A stretch of DNA of 62,751 nt, filler included, from Platydemus manokwari (Eukaryota), in NCBI GenBank assembly GCA_037951405.1. It is 6 parts of 6 records of this genome, joined end to end, with 100 filler letters (N's around TTAATTAATTAA, not from the genome) between each part and the next. Parts side by side here need not be neighbours in the genome. Positions count along the whole stretch, not along the records: positions 22,473 to 31,986 come from JBBMOY011238431.1; positions 32,087 to 41,584 come from JBBMOY011240097.1; 4 more parts are not named here. The stretch is one strand, 5' to 3'. Shown piece by piece: positions 24,990 to 38,563 of this stretch; within the stretch, counting starts at the first letter, position 1, and each line of letters starts with the position of its first letter. The notes beneath the pieces are model-generated. The model was not told the DNA's origin. It saw only the letters and a program-made list of their open reading frames with translations, and searched no databases. The translations under genes were made by a program, and so were the position numbers.

Positions 24990-27160
24990 TTAATGTTTCA
25001 AATAAGATTTTATTTAGTCTATCTTTCATTGACAATCACAATTTTCCATTTTCAACAATATTTATTCCTTAATTATGCGATTTTATATACACCAATATAG
25101 ATAAAACAAATTATTTCTGTAAAGTTTTACTGATTGTATCCTGTACAGTTTATTAATACTCAGCTTCCTGTTTTATATATGTTTATTTGCAACCAGCAAA
25201 ATTGGTTTGTTTTGCATATTATCAATTCAGTCATTAAGATTCTGTACATTTATGATGTCTTACTGAAATATGCAAATAAATACTTCTTAATATTTATTTG
25301 ATAGAAATTTGTAAATATATCTGTTTTTCATTCTAGAGATGAGTAAATATAATCATGTTGTCTTTTTGTTGAAGATTTTAAAGTTATACAAATTATAACG
25401 ATTCTTTATTTAAAATGCTCTCTTATTGCTATTAATAAAATAAAGTACTTTTCTAATTATTATTAAATTATAATTATAATTATCATTCTGGAATAAATAT
25501 TCGACTTGAATTGATTCGTTAGCAACATTTTCTTTGGATGATAGAGAATTGTTTTGATTTGAATTATTGAAATTGTTTCAAATTAATCAACAAATAACTG
25601 GTACACATGGAAATTCTTATAATAATTTTCCTAAGACTATCTAAAATTATTAGAATGAAAACAAATGACTAATTAAAAATAATTGAATGAAAAGATTTAC
25701 AAGTAAATAATCAGTGGACAAATTTCGTTGATATAGAAATCTTATTATTTCGATATTAATAAGAAAAAATAAAAATGTTTATTATTTTAATAATAAAGTA
25801 AATTAAATAATTTTGCAATCCTCAAGAGAAAATTAATAACTATGTGAGAATCATAAGGAATTCGTGTAAGTATTTATTGAAAGATAATCTGATTTACTGA
25901 TAAAATTTTATTTTAGATATACATTTATTATTAGATCTTTTGTTCTTGATTGTAAAGTGATTCGTGGAAAAGAAATTTTAAAATGCAATAATATAATTAT
26001 CAACGTCAATATATATATGTTCAATCGGCATAGGTATTTTATTTTAAATTATTTTAAAATTAATAATTTGGAAGAACTCCTTTCTGCATAAAAAGCAAAT
26101 GGAGAGATACTTTAAAAATAAACAATCATTTTATGGGAACAAGTAATATTAGATTATTAAACATAAGTCGATTTAAAATTAAAAATTTAATTTTACAAAA
26201 TTGAAGAATTGGCCAGTTGACAATGCTGTAAATGTAATAAGTGTTGCAATTAGAGTAGGAATCTGGTTTAACAATTCTGCTTTATTCCGATTTGACATTC
26301 TAAAAATGTGCTATCAAATGAACTTCATGAACAAATTACCATACAAATGGTAAAAACTATCATAAAACTAAAGATTTTTAAATAATTTAATACGATATAA
26401 AATTTGCGTATATGATGATTGCTTCTTATTACTGGCCCAAAACCGAAATGTGGCAGTCCTAGAGGTAATAATTACAATATAAAGATAAGATTAACATATG
26501 ATGTATTACTTGATATTTAATTGAATATGTGCAAAGCCAGATAATTCATTCACGCGTTTCATTGTAGGTCTTACATCTCCCTTTCAAGTATCAGTTATCT
26601 ATGATACTGTAATGATGAACAATTTATTCAAAAAATTTTGATTATAAATTACATAAAATATAAAAACTATTTTTTGCAAGAAATTTTAGAAAAATTACAT
26701 AAAATTAAAAAGTTAATTCATTAGTCAAAACTCATAATTGAATTAGGTCAAAGTATCACTTTTCTTAACTGGAGCCAATAAGACCTCTAATTATTGAATT
26801 TCCGAGCGCTTCTTTATTAAAAGGATACAAGTAAAATGTAAATGAATACTTTTCTAATGCAAATTTAAATCAATTTCGAAATCGTAATAAAGCGAGTAGT
26901 TTATTATTTTTGATTTATTCATAAAATTTCAGAAATTTCTATCAAAATTATTGGATTTTGTTATTTATTATGTAATTTTCATTACTATTTTTTTGAAAAA
27001 TTCTACCAGCATTTCACATTATCATAAAAATTATCTTATTTATAAATGAAAAGAAAAATTGTGTGAAATTTAAAGTTAAATTTATATAATCAAACATTGC
27101 TCCTATCTTCAAACTTCATTTTTCCCACAAGCGCTGTGTTTATTTTGGTTCTACTAAGTC

Positions 27161-27319
27161 GGTTCACCCAACATACTTTAAGCATTAGCCAAGTAGTAAG
27201 AAACATTCAATAAAACCAGTTGCAAATAATCAACTCTGATCAAAGTTGATTATGTTCAATTGGTATAATCAAATGGTTTCTTACTCCTTAGATAATGCTT
27301 AAAGCATGTTGGGTGAATC
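27161..27319. repeat. Loopless imperfect inverted repeat (foldback), about 80-bp arms
   Basis: GGTTCACCCAACATACTTTAAGCATTA...ATAATCAACTCTGA mirrors TCAAAGTTGATTAT...TAATGCTTAAAGCATGTTGGGTGAATC around the TGATCA centre at 27237-27242. Confidence 0.85.
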
Positions 27320-30300
27320 AACATGACGAATTGATACTCGAACATCATAAAATACACGGGTGGGTACTGAAGACAAAAATTAAGTTCAGAAGCAAACCCC
27401 GGTTGTAAAACACTTAGTAACATTGAGAAACTGAGTCTATATCCAATAAGAATCTATCGAGGGAGGACAAATAAAAGAACAATTCTAAATATTTTGATAC
27501 TTGTGAATATTTTTATTGTTATTTGTTTTTGATATTTACTGTTTGATTCATCTATCCAGATCTTCCTGCTTTTGCTGTATCTGTGGAATCAATTTTCATT
27601 GTATAATGCATGTTTATTTAACGTATATAAACGTTATATTTATTGAATTAAATTTAGTGATTGTCAGTTTTTACTCTGATTCTGGGTAGCTTTAATAACC
27701 TATGTGATAACAGGCTTGGAATATAAGGTAATGTAAAGGTACATTTGAATTTGTTAAAATATTAATAAAGTTTATTTAAAACTGAAAGCTACTAAAAATT
27801 GATTGATCATTCTCAATAAAACGTAATTAAACAATGTCTACACCGAATTAATGAGTGCTGATGTAATATACGATTTATGTTAAAGTTCATTTATTATCAT
27901 AATGTTGTTAAGATTTGTGATCTCTATATTAATCTTTCAAAAATGTTTGGTTAATAAAACTGCAATAAATATAAAGATTGTCTTTATAAAAGCTTAACTA
28001 TGAAAAATAAAATGAATTTCAATACTAAAACAATGAAAATTAAGCCACACGTCATTAAGGTGAGTTACAACTGAATCTGAAAATGCAGTCCGAGAAGATC
28101 AACAAGATGGTTGATTTTAATTCTCAATGAATTAAAAGTTAAAATCGAATATCAACATAAAATTATAAATAAATTTTTTACTAAATGACTATTACAAAAA
28201 TATCAATATGTAAAACATTACAACAATAAACTCAATCTTATTACTGGGTTCTCCTTGCAAAAATTAAAAATAATAAATCCGCAAATCGAATAAATTCATT
28301 AACTGCAGTAAATTTTGTTGAGTTAAAATTTTTCATTTTATAGCTTTCTGACCTCGATACACTCTTTTTTGTGGTAACGTGTGTAGGATATAGTAATAAA
28401 TAGTTATAAAATAATTGATAAATAATTATAATAATTGTGATAATAAATAGCCGATATAAAATTCCAATAATCATGATTATTTATCGTGATGAATTCCCGT
28501 TGCAAAGTTATAGGTTTTAAAATTCAAAATCAAATCACTGATGGGAAAGTGGTAAATAACATGAGTCATACATCCCACAAAACAGTAACCATATAAGGAG
28601 AAACAAAAACAGAAAGAGCGTAGAATAATATCACAATAAATTCGCATATAGGATTCATATGACTCTTATCATTGTGTATTCGAATTCATTAATGATATTC
28701 ATTCGGATTATATTTTAAATTATGGAATTCCAACTCAACTTGGTTAATTATTTATCTTTTAATTTTGTCCAGGTGATTAGTCACAAATGAATTTGTCGGA
28801 ATCTAACTTATCTCCCATTAGTTAGTTCAAGTGATTTCAAGTCACAGCATTTCTTACTTTTAATTATACATTTGTTAATTTGTATTATAGTGTTATATGT
28901 TATCGTTATTTCATGTTTATCTGTTCGTTGTCAGATCATTGTTGGAAACATTAATTATCCAATCCCAACCATTTGTCATAAAATATACTTGGATAATCGA
29001 TAATAAATTATTGATTTAAGTTAAATAAGATCACCTCATTTAATTTCTGTCACTTGTTATTCTGGTTAGCTTGACCTCCGAACATATTTTCGCATTGTTT
29101 TATGACTGATTGTCAGCATATTCACCTGTCTTCCTCCAATTCTATTTTTTGTTTATTGAAAGAGCCATCTAATAATATTGCATTTTTTGTTTAAACGCCA
29201 TTGATTTATTATTTTGTATTTTATTAGAAATGAATCTTAATTTATTAATCTTAACTTGCAATTGGTTATTATTATTTATTAGTTATTATTTTATATTATT
29301 ATTTATTTATTTATCATTGCAAAACAAAATCAGTCATCATATTTTTTCACTTTACATAAATATAACGAAAAATCTAAATATAATACGAATAAATAAATTA
29401 TAAATAAACATCCTGTTTCATAAAAATAAGTAGCACAATTGTTTCTCTTTTGTAATATTCGAGGTCGAGTCAAATTGTTTGATTTGCATATTACGGTTGT
29501 AGGGTTTTTTATTCATGACGTTAGTAATTCATGACTGATTCAGTAATTTCGTATCATGTGTAACTATCGGAATACAGTTGAAGCCTACTTTGTCTGGGAA
29601 GAGTATTAAATTTAGAAAACAATTCGCTTATTATTTCTTCAAGAAATATATGACTTGATGTAGGAAATGTTTTTTTCCTAAATTCATCGTATAAAGTATA
29701 TTTTAGTCTCAATGCGAGTTACAATTATCAGAACTGAAGCTATGATTTTACAAGGTTTAAGCGTACGAAAGTAATTACATAAAAAATAACGAAAAAGATT
29801 TTTACCAATCTATGTAGCACATTACGCAAGTGGGTTATACGTGCAAAATATTCAGTAGACAGTCATTGAAAAAAAGCCAAACTGAAACGATCAAATTTAA
29901 TTAAATATTATAATAACATTTTAGTGCACTGATGTAAAATTATATAACAATAATTAAGTTCTCATGATATTTAGTTATCTAAAGAATGAATTGATTTTTG
30001 AATATGATTCCCGATGAAATAATAGCTTGTGTAATATCGAATATGGACGTTCCATTGCTTACTATTATAAATTTTTGCTTAATGTTCTTAAGTCTTTCGG
30101 TTGACTAGCTTATCCCTGCAGCCCTTTAAATACATATTTCTCGTTGTAATGGTATTTATGATTTTTGAACTTAGGATTACAAACCATTTTCATAATATTC
30201 CGTTAAGTTGTTTAGATATTAAATTTCTGTACCAAAATGTATTGTTTTCTTATTTCATTCCTTTTTGTATATTTTTATTTGATGACTAACTCAACCATTT

Positions 30301-31986
30301 TTATTTGATAACTGATTCACCAATTTATATTTTATTTCCATTTCTTTTTATCCGGGATAAATTCAATATTTTTCGCTTTTCTTTCTCGTGTTTATTCTTA
30401 ATTATTATTTTAAGTTTATTTTGTTATGTTGTCATTATTTTCTTGCTTTTACTTACTTGGTTAATAATTTTTGTTATTTCTGATTTTATAAGTGAAAGAG
30501 CATCACCTGATATTTAACGGTTGGAATTGAATTGAAATTGAATTAAGATGCTTACTAGGCATCATGGGATTGGACTGAACTATTTGTTGATAGATTATTG
30601 CTACAGAATCAGGAATACAAGTGGTGTGATAGAGATGTAAATATATCAGAGTTGTAAATAAATTATAGACTGGATTGGAAGCTGAGATACTTATAGGAGA
30701 TGTTTCGATTGGAGATGTGAGTACAATTGTGGTTCAAACTTGGAGATTGTGTTGTCCATCAACATGCATAATTATTTTTGAGTTTGAATAAATAATTTGT
30801 ATATATTATTTGCAATTATTTGTCGAATTTAAATAAACTTCTCATAAAAATATTTAGATTTGAGAGATCGCGCTTCCGTAGAATTTCTATGTGCTTAACT
30901 ACGACGCACATCAGCATTTATAATATCAATTCACTAATACCTATTTCCTTTCTTTTTTATAGGTGAGCATTTTTCCATTTACTTAGTTACTAAAACTATA
31001 TTTCATGTGAATTTTGTTGCCTTTATCTTCGAAAAATTTGTTTATATTATTGAAAATATTAGACTTACATCACCAATTTTTATTTACAACTTCATTTTTT
31101 ATTTTAATCATTACATTTATTTATTTATTTATTATTCATTGCTTTTATTATTTTATTTATAATTATTTATTATTTCATTATGTTATTTTAATTCAATTCT
31201 TCCTTTTACAAATCAACAGAAGTCAATCACAATTCCTAAATCATTTCAAATTTTATTGGATATATTTTCATATGAAGTGTTATTTTTACAACATCATACA
31301 AGGAGTTCATTAAAAGATGTTCAAGGTTAATAAAAAAATATTCAAAAAGAATTATACTAAAATTTCTCAATACCAATATATCGTTTACCTCAAAAGCATA
31401 AACTAATTCACAATCAATTGTCACTCACTAAAATGCTTTTGGGTTATGATTGTATATGTTGATTAGCAATGCATGTTATTTAGAGAAATGGAAATTTTTT
31501 GAGATGATATTATCACTGTGTGAAGGGATTGGTTAATAATAAATGAGATCATTTAGATTTTAATAAACAATTTTAATAAACGATTTTAATAAACAATTAC
31601 ATAATAGTTAATTTTGTTGCAGAAGAATTGTTTTATTAGAATGTAAAATTAATAATGTTACTCAGAAATCAATAATCAACACTTCTTAATATTTTTCAAT
31701 TGGTTTCGTTAGTTTTTGTTTACATTTTCACTCATTTGTATGTTTTCAATTGTTGGTTTGGTATATTCTATAATAGTACATCTAATTACGAATGTAAGTG
31801 GATACAAATACTCAAATAGTAGAAATTATCCAATGAAAATTTTTGATGATTTATTGATTTGGCACTAATTAATTCTTGATTTAGTGATTTTTTGATACTA
31901 TTGTATATAGTCTGCACTTGTAATTTGGTGAAAATCTCTCTGCTGATATTGTTTGACGCCATATACTATTATTTCATGTATATTAT

Positions 31987-32086
31987 NNNNNNNNNNNNNN
32001 NNNNNNNNNNNNNNNNNNNNNNNNNNNNNNTTAATTAATTAANNNNNNNNNNNNNNNNNNNNNNNNNNNNNNNNNNNNNNNNNNNN
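31987..32086. other. Artificial contig spacer
   Basis: 44N-TTAATTAATTAA-44N. Confidence 0.97.
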
Positions 32087-32087
32087 A

Positions 32088-32297
32088 CCAAAATTTAAAG
32101 TTTTAGATAGGGTGAGAATTTTCAAGTATAAAAATAAATTTGAGAAAGGATATACGACAAAATATTCAAAAGAAATATTTATTATTAAAGAAATATGTAA
32201 AACAAAACCCATTACTTATCGATTGATAGATTTAAAAGGTGAAAAAATTCTTGGTAGATTTTACAAACAAAATTTTAATATGGCTATATCTAATTAA
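32088..32297 (+). mobile_element. Polinton/Maverick (adintovirus-type) integrase C-terminal fragment
   Basis: PKFKVLDRVRIFKYKNKFEKGYTTKYSKEIFIIKEICKTKPITYRLIDLKGEKILGRFY matches the characteristic PKFKVGDxVRI...FxKGY..NW..EIF.I......P.TY.L.D..GE.I.G.FY pattern. Confidence 0.85.
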
Positions 32298-32307
32298 AAA
32301 AAATTCA

Positions 32308-32380
32308 ATATATATGGCTGAGTCGTAGTATTAATTATTTTTTGTATTAATATTTGGGGTTCAAATCCCTGATGAGGTTT
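32308..32380 (+). ncRNA. tRNA-like Pol III element (A and B boxes); not a complete tRNA
   Basis: A box TGGCTGAGTCG (32315-32325) and B box GGTTCAAATCC (32358-32368) at tRNA-like spacing. T-arm GGGG-TTCAAAT-CCCT and a central TATTAAT/ATTAATA stem; the acceptor stem does not pair. Confidence 0.4.
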
Positions 32381-32749
32381 AATTTATTCTAAAATGAAAA
32401 TTGAAGAAAATAATTGTATCTGATGAAGAAAAACACGCTGATCATGAATCTGAAATAAAAATAAAAATCGGATCATTATTCTATAAGATATTTGAAATCA
32501 AAGTTAAAACATAATAAGAATAAATAACAATGTTAGTTATTTTTTTTTAATTAGTTTTGTATTTAATCACCATTCTTAATTTTACCTGCATAATTTCAAA
32601 ATAGAAATTTTTATTTTTAGTAAACAAAATAAAATAAAAGATTAATTTGTCCCACACCGTGGGTCTTTATATTTAATTCCAGTAATCCAAATTTTCAATT
32701 ATTTGTTGTATAATTTTCATAATGTTTGTCCCACACGTGCGATTTTTTT

Positions 32750-33416
32750 ATATTAAAATCCAGTAATCCTTTAAAAATATTTTCATGTTGGGGTTCTTGA
32801 TAAAATAGCACAATTGAATCAACAATTGTTTGTTCCTTAGCTAAACTCTTAATGGAATTGATAGATTTTGAATTTTGGGATATTGTAGTGATAATTTCAT
32901 TAAATTTATTGTGAAATAAAATTCCGATTTGCCTATTATTATCACATTTTTCTTCAAATAATATAAATAATCGTGAATATATTCAAAATGGTTTTCAGAT
33001 TTTATTTGGGAAAGCAGTTGTCCTAAATAAATTATGTTCTTAATTTTGAAAGAAGTCAATATTTATTCTCTACCTAAAGCATGTTTTAAAATATTTTATG
33101 TGTCTTGCTTTCAGAAAAAATTTCGAAATTTTCTGGTTTATTGTTGAGGGTTTCCAATATATTTTCTTTAAGATATTTTTCTAATTGCAAAATTTTTTCT
33201 TTTCGATTTCTTTCTTTCTTTTCTTACCCGCTTTACATTTTCTATTTCCTTACTTATATAATCTTCATTAAAAATATTTGGATATTGTTGTATATTCGCT
33301 GAACAATACAAATCATATTGTTCCAAATGTTCTTTCATCGCAAATTTTGATCGAATTTCTTGTAGCATCTTCATTATGCTACGATAATTCAAGATTTCAG
33401 ACTTGGCGTATTGTAT
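32750..33416 (-). pseudogene. Decayed intronless ORF convergent with the Polinton integrase, probably a Polinton accessory gene
   Basis: Broken frame LEKYLKENILE...IYLGQLLSQIK...IGKSEFYFTINLMKLSLQYPKIQNLSIPLRV*LRNK...DYW with stops and frameshifts. Its 3' end is partly duplicated (TTTGTCCCACAC...TCCAGTAATCC twice, 32646-32770). Confidence 0.35.
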
Positions 33417-33869
33417 CTATATAAGGATTTGTAAACAAATTTTTACTATTTTATTTTGTAGTAAAAGAGAGAAAGGGTTATAATAAAGTTTACCAGCACC
33501 AGACTTTAGAAAGGATAAAGAGAGAAGTAAAAAAATGATGAATGATGAGTATAATAATAAAATTTCACTCATCCGCAAAAAATCCCTGGTTAAGAGGGCA
33601 TCGCTATATATTAACATAAATGCACATCATCATCATTATTATTATTAGCATCATCAGTATTATAATGTTTGTATCCTATCATTATTATAATATTATTTTT
33701 ATTATTGTTATTATTTAAAAAATTGACTACAAAACAGTAGTAAATTGCATATTTATATACATTTAAAAATACCTGAAAACTCCATACAAAAAAAGAATAA
33801 TAATAATATATTACATATCAAAATAAAATAATAAATAATGAAACTGAAATTTAAGTAAACTTAAACAAA

Positions 33870-34594
33870 TGTGGAGATTTCGTATCTCACGGATGGAGCG
33901 GTTTGATAATTGGCAATCTGACTCCAAGGATTGCGGATGCTAGCACTCGTGTCACCCTTATGACAATGCAAAACAACAAATTGAGGCGTAAAATATTTAT
34001 TGATTTATTACAATAATAAAAGCTTAATAACCAAATGATTAGACGAAGAGTTGCTAGAAGATAAGATTTGGTTCTTATCCATGAAGAGAATGGGTATTGT
34101 CGGTGCCGCCTAATAGCTCGGACACAGACCCGGACCCGGTTAAAGATTAGAAAGATATGAGTAGTTATATGTGCTGACAAGCCCGTAAAGGGATTGCAGT
34201 GATAACTAAAGAGATAAGCATGAATAAAAAATGATTACTCATAGTACATTGTTGCAAAAGAGTTGTTCAGATTATACATATAGTCTAACTGAAGCACTGT
34301 ACGGCAGTTTTGACTGAGACAATGCTCAGTATTTATACTTTTTTTTCGTATGGGACTCTATGGGACAAAGCGTAGCTTTGTATACTTGCTTTTTGTTTAA
34401 ATTTCTTCACAAGTGGTGCTTTGTAGTGCCTGCTTTGTTTTATTTTTACCTATAGCGTCTTTTTTTAGTTTTTAGTGTTTTTATTTGTCACTAGCGTCTT
34501 TGTAGACTTAATGATCTTTGTTTAACTAATAAGGAATAAGGAAATAAATGTGTTTTACAATCTTAAGTGATTTTGTTTAACTTATCTGCCCACA
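33870..34594 (-). mobile_element. Solo LTR, 725 bp
   Basis: Ends TGTGG...CCACA with flanks CAAA/CAAG (imperfect 4-bp TSD). On the minus strand, GTATAAATA is followed by a TCAGT initiator (about 34310-34340) and a downstream AATAAA. Short TAGCGTCTTT subrepeats in U3; GC-richer than the surroundings. Confidence 0.6.
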
Positions 34595-35404
34595 CAAGGA
34601 CTTAAGAAATTAGATTTGTGAAGAACACTTGAAATTGATTTTTAACTTTGTTTACAAAATTTTAACTTATGAAAATTTATTGAAAATTTATTTTTCAAAT
34701 TAATATATTTATTTATTTCTAGATTATAGTACATTATATTACATTATAATGAATCCCTAACAATACAAACTATTCTTCTGATATTTTTAAAGTGGGAATG
34801 CAAATTAGTTTCATGTTTAAAAATTGAATTTTTAAAACCAATAACTAAATCGACACGATTTCTGAATATTTTATGTACCATCTCTTTATAGTTTACTCCT
34901 CGAGTATATTTATATATTTAGGGCTAAGACTGAGATTAATAATTTAGCAACTTAATTTACACAACAATATAATTTTAACTCACAATAATCCCGTACTTTG
35001 TGATACACCTATTTCACTTAATATTTTAAAAGATTACTAAGTAGATCTTGAAATCAGTTCTCCTTTTTGAATCATCTCATATTTAATATAAATCGTGATG
35101 TGGCACTTAAATATAACCATCTAAAATTAGACTCTAAATAACTTTTTAAACTTGGTATACACTATGTACAAAATTAATTTCTATTTAAAAAAGAGTAATG
35201 AAATATTAAATAGCTTATTTAATTACGAATTTATTTATATAAAAATATTTAATTAAAACCAAATTTTGTTTAAAAACTTTAAATAGTAAACTTAATATTT
35301 AAGAAGTTTAAATTAACTTTAAATTAATTACATAATTAATATAATGATTTAATTCTTTATTTAAATACGTATTTTTAACTAAATAAAGATTCATTTCTGA
35401 ACTT

Positions 35405-38101
35405 ATGGGTAGACTAATGTCATTATTTGCTAATCCAAACAATAATATTCATGAATCAAATACTATTTATAATTACAAATTTCCGACATCAATATGTAAT
35501 TTTTGTAAATAATTTAACATTTATTTGTGATCATTTAGCTAATAATTTTAACGATAATTATTTCTTTTGTGGTTTCAAATGCAGAAAGAATAACGTTGAT
35601 AAGCTGATTTTTGAAGGTGAAAAATATATTAACAATCTAGAAAATTGTAATAATTTAGTAAGTTATAGCATAAATAATAATAATAATAAATCTTTAATAT
35701 TTTATAAGCAGCACTCAATGCCATTGACATTTGCCACAGATGGTGTTATACCTATTACATTTAATATTTTTCCACACAGAAATTCGTTTAAAATTATTCA
35801 GTACGATTTTCAACTCGATCATAAAAATGTATCTGTTTTGGAATTTAAAATGAAAATAATAATTCCATAACAGATAAATTTTATAAAATTAATATTTATT
35901 TAAATTAAGTGAATAATTTCACAGATCAGACAAAATCGATAAAGTCAAATTGCAATTTGTATTTGATGCCGATTTTTGTTGCCAGGTTGACATTTTTTAT
36001 TGTGCATTTGAAACATTTTCAAATGGTTCATTTTCGTGAGTATAATTTTTTATTTGTTTTTTAATCTTTTTTTAATTTTAACTTGTATGAAAATTCGATC
36101 ATGTTTATTTACTTATGTTCGATATTATTATTATTAACTATGTTGTTATTGGTTTTGGAGGTTTTTTAAAAAACAGTATATCTTTTATGAAACCAGTTGA
36201 ATTGAAATTGACATGAAATAATCTCAATGTGAAATGTTATTAGTTATAATTATAATTATATTAATAATTATTACAATAACAGTAATTTTAATATTGCCAC
36301 TTGAGAAATATGCAGATCTGATATCAAAATGCAATTTCAACTGGTGCTCACAATCGAGTAGTAAATGATAATGAATGGCAGTAAATGGTCATTTGGTTCC
36401 AATCCCCCAATGTGATGGGCCTATTCAATATTTTGATATCGGTTTATCAGTAGATTACTTGTTGGGATTGTCAGTGTTTCATTTGGAAAATCTTAATAAA
36501 TTTTTCACTCTTATTTATCTTAATAGTTGCAATCACTGTTTTAGCGGTAATATTATAATTAATAATATTATAGTTAATAATATTATAATTAATAATATTA
36601 TAATTATTATTAATAAAATATTATAAAAGTCAAGCAGGGAGAAAATTATTGAATTATTGAATCCAATTATTATAAATGGTTGCATTAGATATACTCTTGA
36701 ACCTGAATTTGGTTACTCCTATTCCTCCGATCACCCACCGGGACCAAGTCAACTATTTGAATATGAATTTAATGATTTGAAGATTCATGAACGTAACGAT
36801 AACCCAGATGAGTTTGACGAACTCATTCTATTTGCCATAGTGCTGTCGACTATGACTGAAGGTTGCAAAGGTATACATCAATACTTCGATGGGAAATTTT
36901 TTATTATCTTTTTCTTTCTCTCGTGTCCAGATAAACAACAATTCGTCACTCATCTCAGTTATGATCCACGATCTGAGAATCAAGCGTTGACTGGTATTCA
37001 AGTTACTGTTCAAAAGCTTGTTTATAAGAAAACCTGCTTTGTAATGCAAGACATGTATGGAGCAGATCTGTTGACGGGTTGGTTTGGTACCATATGGGAA
37101 TTGTTATTTCCACCATTTATAACACAGAACACGATGTCATTCAGTGTACATCATCCAATGAGTTAATAAAAGCACCAAATCTGGGAATAGAATCTAATCA
37201 TTCCATTCCTCGACTAAAATCGGATAGCAAACAGCGTTTACTTATTCAGGACTGCGTTATTTGCATGTCGTCGGTTAGAGATACTCTTGTGCTACCGTGT
37301 CGACATTTATGCTTGTGTAGCACTTGTGGGGACAAATTGTTACATCAGGTCATTGTGATTGAGTTTCATATATAATGATTAATAATAATGAATATTAATG
37401 ATTATCTCTTATTATGATCAACCCTCACATCATATTGAATTGAATATTATAAATAATTGTGATTAATCAATAATGTTTTCATTATTTGAAACAGCGATTT
37501 CAATTAAAATCCTATATTTTCTCTGTGAAATTTCTCTTATTATTAACCGCACATCACAATCGATTTCTGAAATAATCCAATGAAACAAATGAATTCATCG
37601 ATTCGTATTTATCATGTGTGTGTGTGTGATTTTTATACCGCCATTGAATGATATTGATATTATTGGTATTTACTTCGAGCAATCGATTACGGAGTCTTTT
37701 CTACTCATCATTGTTAGACGGGCCCTTGAATCCAATGATAATTATTATTATGGAAGCGCTATGGATTGGAACTTATTTAACGTCACAGATTTAATAAAAT
37801 TTTGAAATGACTAATTGTTCTCCACGATCCATTTCTTATTGGTTTTCAATATATGAATATCAGTGTGACGAAGGAAGAAGAATTTTATTTATAATACGTT
37901 TATTGATTTAATCTAACGATGATCTATGCTAGTTTCCTGGAAATGCAAGTAATAAATGGGGTCAAATGGATTATAATTTTACCTATCTGGCTTTTGGCAT
38001 TGTCTTGAATTAGATCTAGATCACTTGAAGATTGAATAAAAATGAATATTTTATTTGTAAAAATGTTTTCTGACTTCTGACTGATGTGTAGAAATAAAAT
38101 G

Positions 38102-38139
<38 letters not shown>

Positions 38140-38563
38140 TTTCTTATTATCATTATATTTCAAGAACTAATCAAGAAATTAAATGTTCTATTTTTTAATA
38201 TATCAATATTTTTATTTGATTGAGGTTTGAAAGCTAAGGGCCGTCGCAACATTAGAAAGATAATAATCATAATGATAATATTATAATCATAATAAAGGTT
38301 TAATACAGACGGATAGTATTGAGCTAGAAAATAATATCGGGTTGAATATTCTTGGCTGTAATCTCATCATTTTTACAAAACTCATTGAGATTCTTCTAAT
38401 TTTTCAAGAGTTTTATGATTTTTTATATTATTAAATTGTATCGATGATTTTATTAATGATTAATTTTCAGTCACCTGCATGTCCAATATGTCGTTGTGCG
38501 TTTCGAGCTCTTTTACAAATAGAAAATCTGGACAGATATTTAGTTTCTGGTGAGACAGATTGA
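35405..38563 (+). CDS. MGRN1: Mahogunin/RNF157-type RING E3 ubiquitin ligase, complete, about 8 exons
   Basis: Start MGRLMS (N-myristoylation MGxxxS), LQFVFDAD, QKLVYKKTCFVMQDMYG, and RING CVICMSSVRDTLVLPCRHLCLCSTC...CPICRCAFRALLQI (last exon 38471-38563). Phase-consistent GT-AG introns, e.g. 35496-35538, 35658-35708, 36871-36930. Could equally be named RNF157. Confidence 0.88.
38101..38138 (+). repeat. (AAT)n microsatellite in the last MGRN1 intron
   Basis: Perfect trinucleotide run. Confidence 0.95.

Noticed and set aside
26050-26600. Possible small multi-exon gene on the minus strand (…MKRVNELSGFAHIQ…, MSNRNKAELLNQIPTLIATLITF…)
   Set aside because: Exon-like pieces exist, but I could not build a unique phase-consistent model or recognise a family.
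30050-31320. Hydrophobic Phe/Ile/Leu-rich plus-strand ORFs as membrane proteins
   Set aside because: Products of T-rich compositional bias, i.e. the antisense of a decayed A-rich repeat tract.
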